DNA of 64,000 nt from an uncultured delta proteobacterium (GTDB taxonomy: Bacteria; Desulfobacterota; Binatia; DP-6). Below the pieces are notes generated by a model. That model was not told the origin of the DNA and did no database searches. It saw nothing but the letters and a program-made list of their open reading frames with translations. Shown piece by piece: positions 62,413 to 64,000 of this stretch. Each line of letters starts with the position of its first letter. Within the stretch, counting starts at the first letter, position 1. The position numbers and the translations under genes are program-made. The DNA lies in contig CAWFFN010000012.1 in the NCBI GenBank assembly GCA_963815115.1, positions 672,001 to 736,000 of the forward strand. The letters are read 5' to 3'.

Positions 62413-62601
62413 TCAGGCGACGGCGAGCGCGGGGGAGGTGGTGGTGCCGCCGAGGTTGAAGCGGGCGCCGGCGAAGTTGCCGCACAGGCGCACCGTTCCG
62501 GAGTTGACCAGGTAAATGACCGTGGCGAGCACCTCGGCTTCGCTCTCCGCGTACTCGTTGACTACGTTCACGAGGTCCAACAGGGTGGTCCGAGTTCTCA
62601 T
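62413..62601 (-). CDS. Small hypothetical protein (62 aa) under a sigma54 promoter
   Basis: GGAGG/GAGG RBS; MRTRTTLLDLVNVVNEYAESEAEVLATVIYLVNSGTVRLCGNFAGARF. Confidence 0.7.
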   Translation of the reverse strand: MRTRTTLLDLVNVVNEYAESEAEVLATVIYLVNSGTVRLCGNFAGARFNLGGTTTSPALAVA

Positions 62602-62642
62602 TGCCTCATCCTCCCTTAGCGCCGTTTCGGCTGCTTCTTCTC

Positions 62643-62657
62643 GCAAGGACGATGCCA
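62643..62657 (-). promoter_or_regulatory. Sigma54 promoter
   Basis: Minus strand TGGCAT-CGTCC-TTGC, identical to 10135-10149. Confidence 0.72.
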
Positions 62658-62796
62658 TCTCCCGGCTTGGGTCATTCTCAGGCCCATCGAGGGTCGGGCG
62701 CGTTCTGGGTGTCTCCCGGAGGGGACAGTGGGTAGAATTGTCGCCATCAGTGGTTGACACCTACCGGCCGGGATCCGGGCCCGGCTGACCGTCGCG

Positions 62797-64000
62797 ATGC
62801 TGGTCGTCACCCGAAGCAATCGCCTCGAGATGCTCGCGGACCGGCTGGTCGAGGGCCTTCGCGAGGCCCCCCCGCCGCCGCTCACCCCCGAGATCGTGGT
62901 GGTGCAGAGCAACGGCATGGCGCGCTGGCTCACCCTGTGCCTCGCCCGCGGCCTCGGCCTGAGCGCCAACGTCCGCTTCCTGCTGCCCGCGACCCACCTC
63001 TGGGAGATATTCCGGCTGCTCCTCGACGACGTGCCCGAGGCCTCGCCGCTCGAGCCGGCAGTCTCCGTCTGGCATCTGGTGTCGATCCTCGAAGCACTCG
63101 AGGAGACACCCCGTTTCGCGCCGCTACACGCCTACCGGGAGGGGACGGACGAGCGCGGCCGCTACGAGCTGGCGGCGCGACTCGCCGATCTGTTCGACCA
63201 GTACCTGGTCTACCGTCCCGGCTGGATCGCGCGCTGGGATGCGGGCGAGGACGACGGCTGGCAGGCCGAGCTGTGGCGCCGCCTGGCCCGCCGGACGGCG
63301 GCGCCTCATCGCGCGCGGGTCCAGGCCGCAGCGATGCGTGCCCTCGCGACGGGAGCGATCCGGGGGCAATTGCCCCGGCGGCTGGCGCTCTTCGGCATTC
63401 CGACCCTGCCGCCGGCGTACCTCGACGCCTTCCGGCGGCTCGCCGACCACGTCGAGGTGAACCTCTTCGTGCTCGACCCGTGCAGCGAGTACTGGGCGGA
63501 TCTGATCGCGGAGCGGGATCTGCCGCGGCGTGCGGGGCGGGCCGACGCGCGCGCGCTGCACCTCGAGACCGGCCCGCCGTTGCTCTCGTCGCTCGGGAAG
63601 CAGGGGCGGGACTTCCTGGATCTGGTGCTGGAGAGCGAGCCGCACCGGGACGACGCGGCATTCGCCTCACCCGGAGACGGCTGCCTGCTGTACACCCTCC
63701 AGTCGGACATGCTGACGCTGCGCAGGCGCGAGGGACGCCTCCCCGTCCGACCCGACGATCGGTCGCTCCAGGTCCACGTCTGTCACGGGCCCGTGCGCGA
63801 GCTCGAGGTGCTGCACGACCAGCTGCTCGGACTCTTCGAACGCCATCCCGACCTGACCCCCGCGGACGTCGTCGTGATGACGCCGGACATCGCGGCGTAC
63901 GCACCGGCGATCGAAGCGGTCTTCGGGGGTGCGCCGCTCGACCGTCGCATCCCGTTCACCATCGCCGACCGCGGCCTGCGTGCCGAGAGCACGCTGGTGG
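62797..64000 (+). CDS. recC: Exodeoxyribonuclease V gamma subunit, N-terminal part (runs off window; absent from ORF track)
   Basis: SNRLEMLA, IVVVQSNGMARWL, LADLFDQYLVYRP, WQAELWR, PCSEYWADL, CHGPVRELEVLHDQLL, VMTPDI. Confidence 0.93.
   Translation, partial: MLVVTRSNRLEMLADRLVEGLREAPPPPLTPEIVVVQSNGMARWLTLCLARGLGLSANVRFLLPATHLWEIFRLLLDDVPEASPLEPAVSVWHLVSILEALEETPRFAPLHAYREGTDERGRYELAARLADLFDQYLVYRPGWIARWDAGEDDGWQAELWRRLARRTAAPHRARVQAAAMRALATGAIRGQLPRRLALFGIPTLPPAYLDAFRRLADHVEVNLFVLDPCSEYWADLIAERDLPRRAGRADARALHLETGPPLLSSLGKQGRDFLDLVLESEPHRDDAAFASPGDGCLLYTLQSDMLTLRRREGRLPVRPDDRSLQVHVCHGPVRELEVLHDQLLGLFERHPDLTPADVVVMTPDIAAYAPAIEAVFGGAPLDRRIPFTIADRGLRAESTLV

Overview
Very GC-rich bacterial chromosomal segment of about 60 densely packed genes, mostly metabolic and housekeeping. 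The gene content suggests a deltaproteobacteria-like soil lineage such as Ca. Binatia, but this is inference only. Contents include acyl-CoA dehydrogenases, an Opp/Dpp-type ABC importer, a P450, CtaA, a Phd-VapC toxin-antitoxin pair, a GntR/diiron protein/esterase operon, pabB-pabC, htpX, a sigma54 two-component pair, an RpoD-like sigma factor, a MacAB-like exporter, rnd, sufT, hflKC, an encapsulin with its encapsulated ferritin, and the start of recC. About ten single-base frameshifts in six otherwise intact genes look like long-read errors, and several apparent giant fusions in the ORF track are artefacts of them. I saw no rRNA, tRNA, CRISPR array, integrase or transposase. Most notable: (1) a 103-nt two-hairpin intergenic repeat present three times, with fixed spacing and compensatory base changes; (2) four sigma54-type promoters, two sharing an identical 16-mer and two preceding small unannotated proteins; (3) a sigma54 module of a small membrane protein divergent from a histidine kinase with a tandemly duplicated membrane sensor domain, followed by an enhancer-binding regulator and an atypical RpoD paralogue; (4) a triad-less HtrA-like pseudoprotease and a dihaem cytochrome c resembling cytochrome c/FTR1 fusions but lacking the permease.
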